Made by a program: the position numbers and the translations under genes. A stretch of 64,000 nt of DNA from Chloropicon primus (taxonomy: Eukaryota): the NCBI GenBank assembly GCA_023205875.1, contig CP060769.1:248001-312000 (forward strand), given 5' to 3'. Shown here piece after piece: positions 50,901 to 63,440 of the stretch. The notes under the pieces were generated by a model. The model searched no databases and was not told where the DNA came from. It saw only the letters and a program-made list of their open reading frames with translations. Within the stretch, counting starts at the first letter, position 1. Each line of letters starts with the position of its first letter.

Positions 50901-53135
50901 GTTCCTCACCCTCTTGAACAGCGACCTGCTCCACTGGATGGCTCCGGAGACAGGCGGCTGGTTTCTGGACACTGGGGGGTCGCGCAAGTTCTTGTTGAAC
51001 ATGCTCCTGGAGAGGGTGATCTCCCTCGCGAACTGATCCATGATGTCCGTCACCTTTTGGGTCATCTGCTTGTTGATGGTTCCCTGGCCTCGGATGTTCT
51101 GGAAGTTCTTCAGCAAGTCGACCGCGCCCTCCGCGCTACGAAGCTTCTTGAAGGAAGAATCAATGAAAGTCTTCGTGGCCTGCTCAATGTGCTCCTTGTC
51201 AGAGAGGAACTTGGCAAACATGTTCTTCCACTGAGACATGCAGAACCTGTCGAACACGTTGAAGTCGATCGTCTCCAAGGGCTTGATCATCATGTGGACC
51301 TTGCTGGTGACCTCGTCGATCGCCTGGGCGTCACCCGTCACAGCTTTCAGCTCTGGCCCCAAGAACTTGTGGAACTCGTCCACAACCTCCACGACGTGCT
51401 TCAGGTCGCCGCAGACTTCGGACACGTACGAGGTTCTCGAGAAGAGCTTCTTCCTGTCGAACTCCCATCTCGCGTCCCTACCGCTGACTTCGATCTTCTC
51501 ACGCACCTGGAGGTAGACTTGCTGCCAGCTGTCAAGCACCGACTTGGAGAGCTCAATCTCTTGGAGGGCGATCATCGCGGGCTTCTTGAAGAGAAGCCTG
51601 ACGTTTATCTCGCTCTCCACCCTGTCCGCGATCTGGTTGGCAATCTTTTCCATCAAGTTGCCCATCTTGTTGTCATCGCTGTAGTGCCTGCTGATGACCC
51701 AAACCGTCCGCAAAGCGTTCGTCATCGGCGTTAGCGTGTCGAGAATCTGCAGGAGAGTGCCGTTCGCAAGGCACTTAAAGTGGCGCTCCAGCGTCGCCAG
51801 GAACTTCACGTTGTCCTTGGCCTCGATGTACACCTTGCCGAGCTCGGCCGTGTGGGTCTTGAAGGACATGACGATGTTGGAGTCCCCGCTGAACTTCTCC
51901 ACGACGGAGACCATCTTTTGCGTTTTCGGCAGGTTCAGCTGCTCGTACAGCGAAGACAGGGTCGCGTTCCTCTCCCTCCAGTACTCGATCTCCGCCAGTG
52001 GCCCCGAGCCCATCGGGACTTTGTCCTGATCCCTCTGTGTCGCGCTCTTCACCACCGTGCTCCACTCCCCGATGCAAGACTCCAGCCTTGGCACGAGCTC
52101 GTCGTCGTACTCGTCCAAGGCCACGTCCAGCTGCTTGTCGGGCACGCTCGGTATGTTCAGGTGAATATCGCCCAGAAGCTGCTGCACCGTGTGGTCCACC
52201 TGACTCGAGAATCGAGCCAAAGCACTCAGGAGCTCGTGGTTCGCGCTGTCCTGCGACGTTCCCTGCGCCAGCAAGCTCGAGCCCTTGGTGCTCACCGCGT
52301 TCTGGATGACGGGCATGTAAATGGAGCTGAGCAGCTGGGAGAGCGACAGCAGGGAGGACCCCGCGGGAAGGTAGCCGAACTCGATGCTCGACTCGATATT
52401 ATCAATCTCGATCTTCTCCACGGTCGTGTTGAGGAAGTAGCAGCAGTTGGCCTGGAACACGGTCTCCGTGAAGTCCTGCAAGAGCACGCATATCACTCTC
52501 TCCCTCGCGACGGCCTTGCCCTGGGGAGGGGCGCCCCCCTCTTCTTCCGAGGCGCTCGCCGCGTCCTCGGCCACGTTGGCGACACTGGCCTCCTCCGAAG
52601 CCTTCTCCTTGTCACTCTCTGCTCCCTCCTCGTCCTCCTCTCCCGTGCCGTCCTCCTCGCTCCCAGCTTGGTGGTGGACCTTCTCGTCCCCACTTCCCTG
52701 GCCTCCAGCCTTGGCGTCCTCCTCCTCCTTGTCCTCCTTGTCCTTCTCGGCCGTTCCCTCCGCGTCCGCCGCCTCCTCGCTCCCCTCGTGCTCCTCCTTC
52801 TCCTTCTTCTCGAACTCCTCGCCGTCAATCTCCTCAAACTTCACGCCCTGCTCGTCAACACTCGTCGTGGACAAGTCCTGACTCACTGGGGCGTCCTTGG
52901 CCACTGGGGCCTCGGCGTCCTGACTCACGTCGGTTCCCTTGGAGACGTAGATCACCAAGTTGTTGCTCTGGCTCGATCCAGTCTTCGTGCTGGCGTGGAT
53001 GAAGTCCGCCAAGGCCCTCTCGGACTCCTCGGACAAATCTTTTGCCAATATAGGCTTCCCGAGACAAAATTGGGTCTTGTCCAAGAGCCAAGCGACCCTC
53101 GGGTCCTTCCCGAAGTCAATCGTTTCCACCACCAT
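38956..53135 (-). CDS. DNAH10: Axonemal inner-arm I1/f dynein heavy chain alpha (DNAH10/DHC1-like), intronless, with a 2-bp frameshift at about 50584
   Basis: P-loops GPAGTGKT, GETGGGKS, GEPGTAKS and GVSGSGKQ; stalk and C-terminal HWTLQGVAL; removing one AG joins the two ORFs into a 4725-aa frame. Confidence 0.9.
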
Positions 53136-53739
53136 GACCAAAGAGAGGTCACCCACCAAGAGAATGAATGAATTTGTGTGTTTGGGTTTTGCGCTGGTTG
53201 TGCTGTGACCCTCTCCCTCCTGCCTCTCCGAAGAGCAAGAGCAAGAGGTCACCTCCCCACAGCGCAGCGCAGTGTACGCCTGCCCTCTTTGGACTTGGTG
53301 CTTCACCCTCTCCTGGCCTCTTGACTTGTGAAATTCAAACTCATAGGAAAAATAACGTCCCTACACCCACACCAGACGAAAATATTACACGAGAGGCGTA
53401 CAATAAACACAATCTTGGAACCAAGGTCTACGAACCATTCGGTTTAGGAATAGGGAGGGACCAAATCGTACACGAAGGTCAAACCCGACACAATGAGTGT
53501 AAAATCAGCGCCCACAAGTACACTTCTGAAACGACTAAAACAGTGGGGCGGAGGAGCGATTTTGAGGAGCGAGGGTGGCGGGCACTCAGGTGAGTTCGAG
53601 GCCGGAGGAAGGGTCGAAGACGCGGTTTCGTGGGACAGGGACCAAGAAATATGAAACCCTCATCTTTTTCTCTTTCGATCGACTACTCGGTCGAAAGTTT
53701 TCGACCCAAGTTGGAGCGAGAACTGACCCAACTCTCTCT

Positions 53740-53774
<35 letters not shown>

Positions 53775-53867
53775 TCTCTCGTGCTTCCTTCCTGCTGATG
53801 CAGAGCGAGGCGTGTGCTCGAGTCAGGGGAGGGGTCAGCACGTGTCGTAGCGAGGGATTCCCGTGCG

Positions 53868-53902
<35 letters not shown>

Positions 53903-54126
53903 CTTCGTTTCTTTGAGACGGGGACGGCCTTCTTCTTGACTTGCTGTCCTCATTCGGAAGCTCGCAGAGGGAAGGAAGGTGAAGAGGGAGTGTAGCAGCG
54001 GAGGGAATCGTCACGAGAGGTCTCGAGGGATCTCTCTCTCTCTCTCTGTCTCTCTCTGTCTTTCTCTGTGCCCCTTGACTTTTTTTTTCAGCAGGGGAGG
54101 GGGGATCGAAACCAATACAATACACG

Positions 54127-54158
<32 letters not shown>

Positions 54159-54236
54159 GAGACCTTGGTGGCCCTGCCGGCCAGTTTCTTCTTCTTGCGG
54201 AGCGCCCCCACTGCCTGTGGTCGCTGTGCTCCAAAG

Positions 54237-54833
54237 ATGTTTTCTCTCCTGTACGGATTCTGGCAGAAGATGTTCGAAAGGGTGGAATATCGAGTGCTTA
54301 TCCTAGGCGTCGACCAGGTGGGGAAGACGACGGTCCTCGAGCGAATAAAAGTGGATTACAAGATCGCGGCGTCGTTCAGGCCGAGCACGATCCTGCCGAC
54401 GGTCGGGCTGAACATAGCTCGGGTGGAGGACCCGGCGTGCCGCCTCGTGTTTTGGGATCTGGGGGGGCAGGCGGGCCTGCGCTCGATATGGGACAAGTAT
54501 TACAGGGAAGCGGACTCGGTGCTGTTCGTCGTGGACTGCTCCGAGGAGGACAGGCTCGCGGAGAGCATGGAAGTCATGGAGGAGTGCCTGTCGAACAACG
54601 ACTTGGTCGGCGTGCCCGTGCTGGTGTTCGCGAACAAGCAAGACTTGGTGAACACCGGAAAGGCGACCACCTTCTCGATGGAGACGCTGGGGTCTCGGAT
54701 CATGGAGAGGGGGCTCTTCGAGAGCCACAGCATTCACCACGTGACGGGGGGAAGCGCCTACGAGGGGTTCGGGGTCAAGGAAGGTGTCCAGTGGCTCATT
54801 AAAACGATGAAGACGAATCAGATCAAAGTGTAA
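54237..54833 (+). CDS. ARFRP1: ARF-related GTPase ARFRP1 (Arl3p-like)
   Basis: MFSLLYG start; ILGVDQVGKTT, PTVGLNI, WDLGGQ.GLRSIWDKYY and NKQD. Confidence 0.92.
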   Translation: MFSLLYGFWQKMFERVEYRVLILGVDQVGKTTVLERIKVDYKIAASFRPSTILPTVGLNIARVEDPACRLVFWDLGGQAGLRSIWDKYYREADSVLFVVDCSEEDRLAESMEVMEECLSNNDLVGVPVLVFANKQDLVNTGKATTFSMETLGSRIMERGLFESHSIHHVTGGSAYEGFGVKEGVQWLIKTMKTNQIKV

Positions 54834-55810
54834 ATGCAAAAAGGAGTTATGAATACAAATTGTTATTATTTTTATTGTTTGTTGTTCAAGTTCCTAAACC
54901 TCGACCGCCAGAGGTCCCTGGATGCAGCAGTGGCCACACTTCGGCACCAACGCACCGGGAACGGGGGGGGGAGGAGGAAGTGGAGGAGGGGGGAGGAAGA
55001 GGAGGCGCTCCCCCTCACCCCTCCTCCTCTCACAGAGTTTTGTCCTCCCCATCAATCATCCAATCCCCGATCCCCAAACCCTCTGTCTTTCTGTCTGTCA
55101 CCAAGCAAGGCAGTAATCCCCCAATTGGCACAACGCAATGCAGTCCCCCACCCCAAGGGGTAAACGCAATACAATCCTCTCCTTCTCCTCCTTCTCCTCT
55201 CTCCTCTGTCTGTCTGTCTCTCTCCTGTGTCGTTTTTTGAGTGCAATCAAAAGCCTCTGCGGCGGCGCGTAAATCGCTCGGAAACCATTGATCGCTTGAC
55301 GAAGTGCGAAAGAGTCTGTTTGAGAAGAGAGAAGGTGAGTTTTTGCGCACGACGGGAGCGATCAAGGGGAAAGGGAAAGCGCTCAGTCCAACCGTCTTGG
55401 TCTCAGCTTTCGAACGATTGTCATGTCGAAAAAAATGACGCCTGGTGGAGGATTTTAGACGAGGGGAACTGACATAGGTCTTGATACAACATCGGGTCTT
55501 TCGAAGGTTGGCGAAGAAGGCGGACGCGTGAGCACGGCAGAGGCTGGCCAAAGGCCGTCAGTCGCATCAAGCGGCCGTGGACCGAAGCAGCGCACCGTTG
55601 CGTAGACGTGCACCACTTCTTTTTTTTTTTCCCTCCCTCTCTTGGGTTCTTTTCTTTCGTCCTTGGCGCGAGCAGCGTGGAACACGAGAGCCCCAAGTCT
55701 TTTCATCCCATCCCCGTGGAAGAAGTTTTTGCTGGGAGGGAAGGCGAGTGGTTGAGGTAACAGACTTTGTTCCGTTACGTCGAGGCGAGTGATTGAGAGG
55801 AGGAGGAGAG

Positions 55811-58800
55811 ATGGCGAGAGGCAGAGGAGGTGAGCGGGAGGGAGGAGCGAGCCGTGGTGGTGGCGGAAGAGGGGGGAACAAGTGGGGCCACGGGCACTCC
55901 TCGCAGGACGGTGTGGGCGGTGGTATTGGCGGTGGAGAGAGGGGAAGAGGAAGGGGGAGGGCGAATAGGGGAGGAAGAGGCTGGGGGCCTAACCCGAACG
56001 CCTCGCACGCGCACGGGCACGGGCAGCAGCAAAGCGCGGGCGTGGGGGGAGACGGAGGTCTGCCTGCAGCTGGCTCTGGAAGTGGCGCTCAGGGAAATCA
56101 GAAGCCTTCCATGCTCCAGGCGCTCACGAGCGGTCCACCTGGTCTGAAGCCTGCGGCTCACAGCGGCTCGCAGCAGGCGAACGGCAACCTGCCAAACCAG
56201 GCGGGAGGCCGCAAGGGTCAGGACGGCAAGAGCTCCGGTGGTAAGGGCGGCGTCCCGCTGCAGTTTGGCACCATCACGCCGAACTTCCTTGGCATGGCCG
56301 GCCAGCAGCAGCAGCAGCAGCAGCAGCAGCCTCCGGCTCATGCGAGAGATGCCAAGGCCGCCGGTGGAAAGGACGGGGCCCAGGGCGCGGCGGGAAAGGA
56401 CGGAAGCTCGGGCCAGCCCAAGGGTCCAGCGAACCCTGCTCAGGCCCAGAAGCAGATGGGGGTTTCTCCAAACCCCGGCCAGGGTCAGCAGCAGGTTCCA
56501 TCCATCGTGAAGCCTCCGCATCACCACGGTGGGTACCCACCTTCGATGAACGCCGCTTTCATGGCAGCAGCGCAGGCCTCGGCCCGCCAGGTTGAGGCCG
56601 GCGGGGTCCAAGGAGGCTTCCCAGCCGGGGTGAACCTCCCACCTCAGTTCAGGTCGCCCCAAGGCATGCACGCCTACCACTTGCAGCATGTTGCGGCCCA
56701 GCAAGCCGCCCAGCAGGTGCCAGGCCAGCAGCAGATGCAGATGAGCCCAATGAACATGAACCAGATGCAACAGATGATGAGTCAGATGCAGCTCGACCAG
56801 AGGAGTCTGCCTCCGCAGGTGCAGCTCCAAGCCGCCGCCCAAGCGGCCCAAGCCGCGCAGATGCCCAGGCAAGCGGGGATGGGCCAGATTCCCGGAGGCA
56901 TGCCAAGGATGCCTCCGCAGATGGCCCAGTCGATGGGACCCATGGGTCCTGGGGGCGCCCAGGCTCAAGGGGGCGGGTCTGCTGCCTTGGCTGCTATTCT
57001 CGCCGACAGGGCCAGGCGCAAGACCAAAGCCATTGCTATTATTGATCCAGAAACAAAATCGGAGGTGCAGATTGTGTCCCCTGACAAAGCGAAGAAGAAG
57101 GAGGGCGCAGCTCAGGGAGCAACTGAGAGCAAGCCAGACGCACCGAAAGAGGGCGCGGAAAGCAAAGAGACCGTGGTGCCTATTGAGAAGGCAGAGAAGA
57201 AGGCCATCGAGATCAAGGATGTGGCAGGGTCACAACCCAAAACCGAGGAGGCCCCTCAAGCAAGGAAGCCTATTGCGATAGAAGATCCAAAGAAGCCAGG
57301 GGTGGCACCGAAGGCGGCAGAAGTCTCGCAGCCTGTGGCCGCCGAGAAGCCTGCGCCAAAGGCGGCCAAGCCAGAGGCAGCTCCAGCACCACAGGAGAAG
57401 CCAGAGGCCGCGCCTGTGGCTCCAGCGGAGGAGCCGTCCATCCCTGAAGAGGGAGCCGATGGCCCGCCTTACAAGTACTCAAAGGAGTTCCTGCTGTCTT
57501 TCAGAAGCAAGTTCACCAAGGAGCCTGAAGGCCTGGAGAAGTCAGAGGCGACAATCCACGGCAGTTCTGGTGGCCCCAGCTTTGGCCACGGCTTCAAGCA
57601 CCACGGTGGTCCCCCTGGATCGCCCATGCATGGCCACCACAGGAGGCAAGGCTCCGAGGGTGGGGATGAGTGGTCCAGAAAGAGGGGCGGAAAGCACCAT
57701 GGCGGTGGTATGAGTGGGCTCCAAGGACTCATGCCCGGAAGCAGAGGCAAGAGAGGAGGCGCTCCTGGAATGCGTCATGGCGGTCGCCACGGCGGTGGGC
57801 ACCACGGAAACTTCAACAGGGGTGGTAACTGGGATATGTACAATGGCCCAAAGGTGGAGCTGCACAAGACGGATAACAAGTTCGTCGTGGGGCAGTTGCA
57901 GAGCGAGGATCCAGAGGAGGAGAAGAAGCAGAAGGAGATCAAGTCCGTGCTGAACAAGCTCACTCCTCAGAATTTCGACAAGCTTGTTCTGAAGCTCATA
58001 GACATGAAGTTCGATCAGGAGAAGAGTTTGGTCGGATTCATCGACCAGATCTTCGACAAGTCCCTCACCGAGCCCACGTTCTGTGAGCTTTACGCCCAGC
58101 TCTGTCAGTCCCTGAGGGATCAGCTCCCTGAATTCGAGAGTGACGGGAAGAAGGTGACTTTCAGAAGAGTTCTGCTGAACAAATGCCAGGAGGAGTTTGA
58201 GATGGGTGACCTTTCGATCAAGGAGACGAGGGAGAGGATTGAGGCAGCGGAGAGCATGAAGTTCGATCCAAATGCTGTCGAGACCGAGTCCTCAAAGCCT
58301 GCTGAGGAGAAGAAAGAGGAATCTCCATCCAAGGACGGGGAGAAGCTCGAGGAAGGAGAGATTCCAAAGACCCCAGAGGCCGAGAAGCCAACCGATCCAA
58401 TGAAGACGGCGAAGACGGAGAAGGAGTTCGACCTTGCTAAGCAGAGGAAGATCCGCGAGATTAGGGACGATGAGCTGAAGGCCAGAAGGAGAATGCTTGG
58501 TAACGTTATCTTCATCGGTCAATTGTACAAACACCAAATGCTGACGGAGAAGATCATGCACAAGTGCATTGTAGAACAGTTGAAGAATATTGAGAACCCT
58601 GAACCGGAGTCAGTGGAGTGTCTGTGCAAGCTCTTGACGACGATCGGAGGGCAAATCGATCAGCCAAAGAGCAAGAAGATGATCGACGAGTACTTTAGGA
58701 GACTTGAGCAGCTGAGCAAGAACCCTGTTCTGGACTCGAGAATTAGGTTCATGGTTCAGGATGTCATTGACCTGAGGTACAACTCCTGGAGGCTGAGGAG

Positions 58801-60400
58801 GAAGGTCGAGGGACCCAAGCTTCTGTCTGAGGTCCACAAGGATGCCATGGCCGCCATGGCACCCAAAGGCGGAAGAGGCGGAGGAAGGAGAGGCGACAGG
58901 GGGCAAGACTACGGTCGTGGTGGTAACTACGGCAGAGGTAGCCCCAAGGACCACAATCTGCTGCATGACGACGGTTTCCTCGAGTACTCGAAGAGGCCGC
59001 AGTCTGGCCTGAGTGGAAGGCCTAACGCCATGCCAACAAGACTGGCTCCAGCAAACTTCCTGAAGACGCCAAACTTCAAGAACAAGGGGGATGGGCGACC
59101 AAGCTCCTCCCCCTCGAGGGTTGGTGGCAAGGGTATGCTCGGAAAGGGAATGAGAGATCACGGGGATCAGAAATTCGGAGGGAGAGGTGGGGAGACTGTG
59201 CAGGTTAGCAAGCCAGTTGTTGCAGAGAAGCCAAGTCCATCCAAGTCAGCGATGTCAGAGGAGGAGACTTCGAAGAAGGCAAAGGGGATCATCGAGGAGT
59301 TCCACAACCTTAACGACTACAAGGAAGTCGGCGAGTGCATCAAGGAGATCAAGGAGAAGAACGCGAATCTTGGCCTGGTCCTCAAGTTCTGGCTCTCTGA
59401 TCTGCTCGAGGGCAAGAAGAGGTCAGTCGAGCACTTCAGGAAACTCATGCTTGAGCTCGGAACTTCTGGTCTGTTCAAGAAGGAGGACTTCCACTTTGGT
59501 TTGCTGCAAACCATCTGTACACTAGAAGACTTAGAGATTGACGTTCCAAAAGCCCCTGGCATTGTCGCTGAGGTCTTTGGAGACCTGATCGCGAACAAGT
59601 TTGCCTCGATGGAAATTTTGGGCAAGCCACTCTTAAAAGCCTTTGAGGACTTCACGGGGGATAAGGTGGAAGACCTCTTTGGGGAGACGGAGGTGTACCA
59701 AGATTTCGCGCTGCTTCTGCACAAGAGCTTGATCGAGAGGGAGTCCAAAGCATGGCAGCTCAAGGCCGTGGAGGCCGAGTTTGCCAAGGCTGGCGTCACG
59801 CTGAAACCTTTCGAGGCCGAGAAGATCGAAAAGCACCAGTGCCAGAACATTTTTGCTCACATCACTTACAAGAGGCATGTGACCCAGGCCTTGGCTAACG
59901 GGGCCGACCCTGCTTACCTCGCCAACTGGTTTGATCTCCACTTCGACAAGAAGGGTGTGAAGGCCAACTCCAAGCTGGCGAGCAGCACTCTCGCTGACGT
60001 CCTCTTGAGGGCTCTTGGGGACTCGTCTGACGCGTCTCCCTCGAAGCTCTCGGATTCAATTGACCTGGACAAGGAGCTTTCCATGATTGTCGACAGCAAT
60101 CACGGCATCCACAAGCTCTTCAACAAGTTGGTTGACAAGGGCAACGTGAACGCGGAGTTCGAGTGCGTGCTGGCGCTGCAGCTTGTCAACCACAAGTTGG
60201 GTGCACCAAAAGGTTTGATGACCCGTCTGCTCCAAGACTTCTACGACGCTGACGTTCTCAGCGAAGAATCCTTCACCAAGTGGAGGGACGACAACAAGGA
60301 CGAAACTCCTGGCAAGGTGAAGGCCATCTCGGATTCCACGGCCTGGCTCAACTGGCTGGCGGAGCAAAGCGACCCAGAAGATTCAGACGAGAAGGAGTAA
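55811..60400 (+). CDS. eIF4G: Translation initiation factor eIF4G
   Basis: LQFGTI motif; eIF4E-binding YSKEFLL; MIF4G (LNKLTPQNF...RIRFM); MA3; C-terminal W2. Confidence 0.94.
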   Translation: MARGRGGEREGGASRGGGGRGGNKWGHGHSSQDGVGGGIGGGERGRGRGRANRGGRGWGPNPNASHAHGHGQQQSAGVGGDGGLPAAGSGSGAQGNQKPSMLQALTSGPPGLKPAAHSGSQQANGNLPNQAGGRKGQDGKSSGGKGGVPLQFGTITPNFLGMAGQQQQQQQQQPPAHARDAKAAGGKDGAQGAAGKDGSSGQPKGPANPAQAQKQMGVSPNPGQGQQQVPSIVKPPHHHGGYPPSMNAAFMAAAQASARQVEAGGVQGGFPAGVNLPPQFRSPQGMHAYHLQHVAAQQAAQQVPGQQQMQMSPMNMNQMQQMMSQMQLDQRSLPPQVQLQAAAQAAQAAQMPRQAGMGQIPGGMPRMPPQMAQSMGPMGPGGAQAQGGGSAALAAILADRARRKTKAIAIIDPETKSEVQIVSPDKAKKKEGAAQGATESKPDAPKEGAESKETVVPIEKAEKKAIEIKDVAGSQPKTEEAPQARKPIAIEDPKKPGVAPKAAEVSQPVAAEKPAPKAAKPEAAPAPQEKPEAAPVAPAEEPSIPEEGADGPPYKYSKEFLLSFRSKFTKEPEGLEKSEATIHGSSGGPSFGHGFKHHGGPPGSPMHGHHRRQGSEGGDEWSRKRGGKHHGGGMSGLQGLMPGSRGKRGGAPGMRHGGRHGGGHHGNFNRGGNWDMYNGPKVELHKTDNKFVVGQLQSEDPEEEKKQKEIKSVLNKLTPQNFDKLVLKLIDMKFDQEKSLVGFIDQIFDKSLTEPTFCELYAQLCQSLRDQLPEFESDGKKVTFRRVLLNKCQEEFEMGDLSIKETRERIEAAESMKFDPNAVETESSKPAEEKKEESPSKDGEKLEEGEIPKTPEAEKPTDPMKTAKTEKEFDLAKQRKIREIRDDELKARRRMLGNVIFIGQLYKHQMLTEKIMHKCIVEQLKNIENPEPESVECLCKLLTTIGGQIDQPKSKKMIDEYFRRLEQLSKNPVLDSRIRFMVQDVIDLRYNSWRLRRKVEGPKLLSEVHKDAMAAMAPKGGRGGGRRGDRGQDYGRGGNYGRGSPKDHNLLHDDGFLEYSKRPQSGLSGRPNAMPTRLAPANFLKTPNFKNKGDGRPSSSPSRVGGKGMLGKGMRDHGDQKFGGRGGETVQVSKPVVAEKPSPSKSAMSEEETSKKAKGIIEEFHNLNDYKEVGECIKEIKEKNANLGLVLKFWLSDLLEGKKRSVEHFRKLMLELGTSGLFKKEDFHFGLLQTICTLEDLEIDVPKAPGIVAEVFGDLIANKFASMEILGKPLLKAFEDFTGDKVEDLFGETEVYQDFALLLHKSLIERESKAWQLKAVEAEFAKAGVTLKPFEAEKIEKHQCQNIFAHITYKRHVTQALANGADPAYLANWFDLHFDKKGVKANSKLASSTLADVLLRALGDSSDASPSKLSDSIDLDKELSMIVDSNHGIHKLFNKLVDKGNVNAEFECVLALQLVNHKLGAPKGLMTRLLQDFYDADVLSEESFTKWRDDNKDETPGKVKAISDSTAWLNWLAEQSDPEDSDEKE

Positions 60401-60920
60401 TTACTACTGTTATGAAGCTTTTTGTTATCAAGCCCCAAAACAACGTCTTGACGCTCCTCCTCCCATCACCGTCATCCTCATCGTCACCGTCATCGTCATC
60501 ACCGCCATCCAATCCTCCATCACCTTCCCCAGCAAGTGTGAGGGTCCTGTTTGGAAAGAGGAAGAGACGAATGCATCCCTCCCTCCCCCATCGTGTTGCC
60601 CTCGGTGTCCAACCCCATCCATCACCTCCATCCACCTCCCCTTTGGCCTGATCAGTGATGATCAATGACCTTCTTTCCCGGTTACCCCATCAAGCGAGAG
60701 TTCTTTGGAAAGAGGGAGAGGAGCATGAATTCATTGTCCTTCGACCTCCCACCATCCTCCTCCTCCCCCACCACCACCATCATCATCATCACCACCATCA
60801 TCATCACCACCACCATCTGCATCACCTCCATCCACCTCGAACTTCTTTCATTTTCTGAGAAAACCTAAAAGAGGAGCGGAGCCTCGCGGCCATCGATCGA
60901 TCGAGGAAGGCGTTTGGGCG

Positions 60921-61354
60921 ATGGCGGCTTCAAGGAGCGGGGGTGCCGTGGGTCCCGCGAAGAAGCTGAAGATCAAGCCACTGAAGATCAAGCCGAAGCT
61001 TCCAGCCAACTTCGTGGAAGAAACTTGGTCCAAACTCCAAAAAGCGATCCAGGCGGTGTTCTCGGAAGAAAACGTCGCGTACTCTTTCGAGGACCTTTAC
61101 CGTGCTGCAGAGGACCTCTGCTTGCACAAGAAGGCTGAGTTCGTGTACGAGAATTTGGTCCACGAATGCGAGTCTCAAGTCACGACAGTTTTAGGGAAAC
61201 TGACTCAACAGAAGCAGAGCACGACGTTTCTCTCTGAGCTTGAAAAGGAATGGCAGACGCACTGCAACCAGCTGCTGACAATCAGGTGAGATTCACTTCC
61301 TTCCACTTCCATCCGTCTGCCTCGCGTCCGATGGCTCGTGCTCTCCACCTCTCC

Positions 61355-61390
<36 letters not shown>

Positions 61391-61413
61391 CTTCTTCCTT
61401 CGCAGGGGTTCTC

Positions 61414-61464
<51 letters not shown>

Positions 61465-63391
61465 GTCATCATCTGTGGATCATCACATCAACAACAAGGA
61501 TGAGGACGAGGGTGGCGGAGGAAGATCTTACTGACTCAAGTGGTTTGCTCTCGACAGGTCCATCTTCTTGTACCTGGACAGGACGTTTGTGCTGCAGAAC
61601 TCGCAGCTCAAGTCCATCTTCGACATGGGTCTTCAGCTGTTTCGGAAGCAGATAGAAAGCAGCCCGGCGACGGAGAGGACGCTCTCGAGTGGGTTGGTGG
61701 AGATGGTGACGCAGGAGCGGATGGGGGATCAATCAGTGGACAGGAAAGTTTTGAAATCTTTGGTCAAGATGCTACTGTTGCTCGGGTTGTACTCGAATCA
61801 CTTCGAGGACGAGTTCCTGCAGGAGACGCAGAGGTTTTATCAGAAGGAGGGCGTTGATATGATGAAGGAGCTCAACGTGCTTGATTACCTCGTTCACTGC
61901 GAGAAGAGGCTAACGGAGGAGGAAGAGAACTGCAAAGAGTACCTCGACTCTTTCACGTTTAGCCCGTTGATGAAGATCGTGGAAGACTGCCTCATCACCA
62001 AGCACCTGCACGAGATCCTCGACAAGGGCTTCACCCTGTGCATGGACCAGCTGAAGATCGCCGACTTGAGGAGACTTTACACGCTCTGCGATCGGGTGGG
62101 AAGTTTGGACTTGGTCAAGGAGTCTCTCTGCAACTACGTGAAGCAGAGAGCAGGGGAGTACGTCACGGACGACAAGAACAACTCACAGATGGTTCAGAAT
62201 CTCATCAACCTGAAGGCGAACATCGACAAGGCCCTCCAGGAGTGTTTTGATAACAAAGAGAGCTTCCACGGCAGCCTCAAGGAAGCTTTCGAGTACAGTA
62301 TTAACCTGAGGCAGAATAGGCCAGCCGAGCTCGTCGCGAAATACATCGATAGTAAGCTCAGGAGTGGCAACAAGGGCGGGGGGGATGAGGAGTTGGAGAA
62401 CACTTTGGACGAGGTTCTCGTGATCTTCAGGTACATCTCGGGAAAGGATGTCTTCGAAGCATTTTATAAGAAGGACCTTGCCAAGAGGCTGCTTCTGGGA
62501 AAGAGCTCTAGCATCGATGCTGAGAAGAGCACAATAGGGAAATTCAAGACTGAGTGTGGCAGCCAGTTCACCAACAAGTTAGAGGGCATGTTCAAAGACA
62601 TAGACATCAGTAGGGACATCATGACTGGTTTCAAAAACAGCGCCCAGGTGCAAAGCAAGCTCAAGCATGGCCTCGAGCTGTACGTGAACGTGCTGACCAC
62701 GGGGTACTGGCCCACGTATCCTCCGGTCGAGGCTAATTTGCCCTCGGAGCTTCGGGACTATCAAGACATCTTCAAGAAGTACTATTTAAGCAAACACTCT
62801 GGCAGGAGGCTTGTTTGGCAGAACTCTCTAGGTCTGTGCGTCGTGAAGTGTAAATTTAACAAGGGCACAAAGGAGCTTGTGGTCTCCTTGTTCCAAACTG
62901 TGGTGCTGATGTTGTACAACGACGAGGACAAATTGACGTACGACGACATCGAGAAGGCGACTGGGATAGAGGCAAAGGAGCTGAAGAGGACGCTCCAGAG
63001 CCTGTCCCTCGGTAAAGTCCGCGTTCTGCTCAAGGAACCGAAAACGAAGGAAGTGAACAGGGCGGATACCTTCACCTTCCACAAGGACTTCAAGGCTCCT
63101 CTTTACCGACTGCGGATCAACAACATTCAAATGAAGGAGTCTCAGGAGGAGAACCAGAACACCACAGAGCGGGTCTTCCAAGACAGGCAGTATCAGGTCG
63201 ATGCGGCCATTGTAAGGATAATGAAGTCCCGAAAAACGCTCAGCCACACCCTGCTGATCTCTGAGCTCTACAGCCAGCTGCGGTTCCCCATGAAGCCTTC
63301 TGATCTGAAGAAGCGGATAGAGTCCCTCATCGACAGGGAGTACTTGGAGCGGGACGACGAGAATGCTCAGATATACAATTACTTGGCTTAG
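60921..63391 (+). CDS. CUL4: Cullin-4, 2 exons, 732 aa
   Basis: Exons 60921..61285 and 61558..63391 (GTGAG..TACTGAC..CAG) give LLTIRSIFLYLDRT; KPKLP.NF.EETW.KL; DAAIVRIMK neddylation domain. Confidence 0.95.
61358..61471. repeat. (CT)n and (CAT)n microsatellites in the CUL4 intron
   Basis: Read directly. Confidence 0.9.
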
Positions 63392-63440
63392 CGTTGTATT
63401 ATATTCTTTTATTTCCTTTTGCTCGTGTGGGAGCTACCAC

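Noticed and set aside
53575..53610. GTTCGA T-loop-like motif (also about 3952) suggesting a tRNA
   Set aside because: No cloverleaf stems around either site
60400..60870. Poly-His ORFs from CAT/CAC repeats (also in the CUL4 intron)
   Set aside because: Microsatellite-derived sequence in UTR or intron
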